From: Patescibacteria group bacterium
GTDB lineage: Bacteria > Patescibacteriota > Patescibacteriia > Patescibacteriales > UBA12465
Length of the DNA: 64,000 bases
NCBI GenBank assembly: GCA_028696995.1
Contig: JAQVFY010000002.1
Coordinates: 2,647-66,646 of the forward strand
Direction: 5' to 3'
Shown here: positions 61,794 to 64,000 of the stretch, piece after piece
Layout: every line of letters starts with the position of its first letter
Position numbering within the stretch: position 1 is the stretch's first letter
The notes under the pieces: generated by a model
Told to the model about the DNA's origin: nothing
The model's input: the letters and a program-made list of their open reading frames with translations, nothing else
Databases searched by the model: none
Made by a program: the position numbers and the translations under genes

Positions 61794-62780
61794 ATGCTAT
61801 CTTATCGAGCTATCTTAAAACAATCTTGGAGAATATCATGGAAATACAAATTTCTGTGGTTTTTTGGTTTTTTTGCTTCCCTTATCAGCTTCACTGCTGA
61901 ATTTAAAATTATCGCTCGTTCCATCAACCAAGAATCGGGCATCAGATCCCTCAATAATATTAAAATGTTTTTAAACACTGGTGTCTTTTCAAAAGATGCT
62001 TGGCTCAATATCTTAGGAATGCTAAAAACTGATCCTAAATCGATTCTAATGCTATTTTTAGTATTAATTATTATTCTAGCTATTATAATTTTCTTCGCTT
62101 GGTTATCAACTGCTTCACAAATTGGAATAATTAATTCTGTTGATAAAATAATAAAAAACAAAAAAGATAAACTCAATATTAAAAGTGCCCTAAAAAGAAG
62201 TCACCGCAAATTCTGGCCAGTATTTATCATGAATCTGGTTATGTCTATAATAATAAACTTAATTTATATCTTAATCAGTTTCTTATTAGTATTAGTAATT
62301 ATTAAAAACCAAGCTCTATCCAGCTTGATATACGGATTTATTTTTATTATCTTTATCCCAATTTCCCTATTTATTTCATTTATTATTAAATACGCTATCG
62401 CCTCAATGGTTATTGAGAATAAAAAATTCTTTCCAGCCTTACAACAAGGATGGAAATTATTTTTTAATAATTGGTTAATTAGCATAGAAGTAGCTATTAT
62501 TTTATTCTTCATAAATGTTCTAGTTTTAATATTACTTTCCGTTATTTCATTTATTGGCTTCTTCTTATTCTTCAGTTTAGCTTTATCCACTATCTTTGTT
62601 CTTTCTTCTGGATTCTTGTTCTGGCTGGTTTTAATAATCGGATTTTTACTAATCTTAGCTATCATGATTCTAGGGGGATCACTACTAAACGTTTTTCAAA
62701 TAAGCTCTTGGACTGATCTCTTTATTCGAATTCGAGAAGGCGGTGCTTCCAGTAAAATAGAAAGAATTTTCCAGGATTAA
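61794..62780 (+). CDS. Polytopic membrane protein, unknown function
   Basis: 328 aa with several long hydrophobic helices. It lies directly upstream of the pilB-like ATPase, an 18-nt gap. Confidence 0.5.
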   Translation: MLSYRAILKQSWRISWKYKFLWFFGFFASLISFTAEFKIIARSINQESGIRSLNNIKMFLNTGVFSKDAWLNILGMLKTDPKSILMLFLVLIIILAIIIFFAWLSTASQIGIINSVDKIIKNKKDKLNIKSALKRSHRKFWPVFIMNLVMSIIINLIYILISFLLVLVIIKNQALSSLIYGFIFIIFIPISLFISFIIKYAIASMVIENKKFFPALQQGWKLFFNNWLISIEVAIILFFINVLVLILLSVISFIGFFLFFSLALSTIFVLSSGFLFWLVLIIGFLLILAIMILGGSLLNVFQISSWTDLFIRIREGGASSKIERIFQD

Positions 62781-62798
62781 AAAATTAAAAAACAAACC

Positions 62799-64000
62799 AT
62801 GAGTGAATTTGACTCTATTTCTAGCTTGCTCAAAGAAGATAAAGATGATTCTAGTCCTCAAGCTAAATTTCTAAGCAAGCAACAAGAAATAAAAAACAAA
62901 GAAATAGAAAGACAAACACAGGCCCAAGCTCAAGCTCTCGGCCTGTCTTATATTGATTTATTTGGCTTCCCGATTAGCCCTGAAGCAATTTCTCTAATAC
63001 CCGAAGAATCTGCTATAAAAAATAAAGTGGTCTGTTTTTTTTATGATGGTGAAAATATTCGTATTGCTACTAGCAACCCGAAAAATCCAGAAGTAGAAAA
63101 AATTACTCAAACAATAAATAAACAATACTTTACTAAAAGTAATCTTTACCTAATTTCTGACAATAGCCTTAAACATGCTCTAAGTTTATACAAAACACTT
63201 CCTAAAATCAAAAAGAATATCAAGGGAATAGAAATAACCGAAGAAAATTTAAAAAATTTTGAAAATATTATAACCGATTACAAAAGCTTAAATACAAAAA
63301 TAAATGAAGTAAACATTTCTGATGTAGTTACCCTAATTTTAGCCACCGCTCTAAAATCAAATGCCAGTGATGTTCATATCGAAGCCGAAAGTGAAGGTAT
63401 TGTAGTCCGCCTTAGAATTGATGGTGTCTTACAAGAAGCAGCTACCATCAATAAAGGCAAATGGAAAAAAATAATCTCTCGTATGAAAATGTTGGCAGGA
63501 GTAAAAATAAATATTGAAGATAAACCACAAGACGGACGCTATTCAATCTTCTTAGAAAACGATCATATTGATGTTCGTTCTTCCTTTTTACCAACAGCTT
63601 TTGGCGAAAGTGTAGTTATGCGTCTACTACGTTCTAGCTCGTCTGGACTATCATTTGATGATTTAGGAATCAGACCCCAGGCTCTAGAAATACTTAAAAA
63701 AGAAATAAGTAGGCCCAATGGATTAGTTTTAACCACCGGACCAACTGGTAGTGGAAAAACTACTACACTATACGCTATTTTAAATAAATTAAATCAACCT
63801 AATACCAAAATAATTACCCTAGAAGATCCCATTGAATACCAATTAGAAGGCATTAGCCAAAGCCAAATTGATCCTAAAAAAGATTATACTTTTGCTTCTG
63901 GCTTGCGCTCTATTTTACGCCAAGATCCCAACATTGTTATGGTTGGAGAAATTAGAGACATAGAAACAGCCGAAATATCAGTCCAAGCTAGTTTAACTGG
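62799..64000 (+). CDS. pilB: Type II/IV secretion ATPase (PilB/GspE family), 3-prime partial
   Basis: Absent from the track because there is no stop in the window. ATG at 62799 gives MSEFDSISSLLKED. N-terminal GSPII-like domain (LGLSYIDLFGFPISPEAISLIPEE), ASDVHIE, and Walker A LTTGPTGSGKTTTLYA at about 63730. The frame is open to the window end. Confidence 0.9.
   Translation, partial: MSEFDSISSLLKEDKDDSSPQAKFLSKQQEIKNKEIERQTQAQAQALGLSYIDLFGFPISPEAISLIPEESAIKNKVVCFFYDGENIRIATSNPKNPEVEKITQTINKQYFTKSNLYLISDNSLKHALSLYKTLPKIKKNIKGIEITEENLKNFENIITDYKSLNTKINEVNISDVVTLILATALKSNASDVHIEAESEGIVVRLRIDGVLQEAATINKGKWKKIISRMKMLAGVKINIEDKPQDGRYSIFLENDHIDVRSSFLPTAFGESVVMRLLRSSSSGLSFDDLGIRPQALEILKKEISRPNGLVLTTGPTGSGKTTTLYAILNKLNQPNTKIITLEDPIEYQLEGISQSQIDPKKDYTFASGLRSILRQDPNIVMVGEIRDIETAEISVQASLT

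Noticed and set aside
1-64000. Alternative genetic code (UGA recoding, as in some candidate phyla)
   Set aside because: Housekeeping ORFs are full length under the standard code. TGA is used as a stop in a position that fits, for example at the pilin-FISUMP gene, 34249-34251. No in-frame TGA-split genes were noticed.

Overview
AT-rich, very gene-dense bacterial window: mostly minus-strand genes, tiny intergenic gaps and frequent overlaps. Long ORFs are intact under the standard code. The gene content looks like a small-genome Patescibacteria/CPR-type organism. This is inference from type IV pilins with FTLIELL N-termini, a giant surface protein with a T4SS-pilin-like anchor, an archaeal-type UMP kinase, a minimal glycolysis and glycogen gene set, and little biosynthesis. 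Confident core genes: tpiA, gyrB, eno, pgk, rny, hup, three tRNAs (Arg-TCG, Met/Ile-CAT, Lys-CTT), murE-like, ftsK, glgA, ruvC, recA, rel, rpsU, hisS, lepB, queA, ruvB, radC, rmuC, gyrA, ndk, glyQS, argS, tyrS and a partial pilB/gspE ATPase. Accessory observations, in my order of interest: (1) A 3.5-kb G+C-rich island (53786-57260) holds three orphan envelope-type genes. Each has its own near-consensus promoter from a shared cassette, a strong AGGAG RBS that host genes mostly lack, a long hairpin-containing leader and a clean terminator. One product carries a 63-residue P-Q/P-A repeat encoded by slippage-prone repeats. (2) A type IV pilin fused to a Fibrobacter-type (FISUMP) domain sits in a 1.4-kb segment bracketed by an exact 19-bp direct repeat that duplicates the 3-prime end of the neighbouring helicase-nuclease gene. 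(3) A GH57 glycoside-hydrolase/kinase fusion lies next to glgA. (4) A MerR-HTH/GHKL-ATPase plus STAS-like two-gene module has a probable leaderless promoter. (5) gyrA is interrupted at the active-site Tyr by a 435-aa LAGLIDADG intein. (6) A half-length iPGM homologue with apparently degenerate catalytic residues sits in the glycolytic operon. (7) Two different 33-bp-period repeat arrays lie in intergenic DNA. No CRISPR array, rRNA, transposase or integrase was seen. All family assignments rest on motif recognition by eye, so none is a database result.
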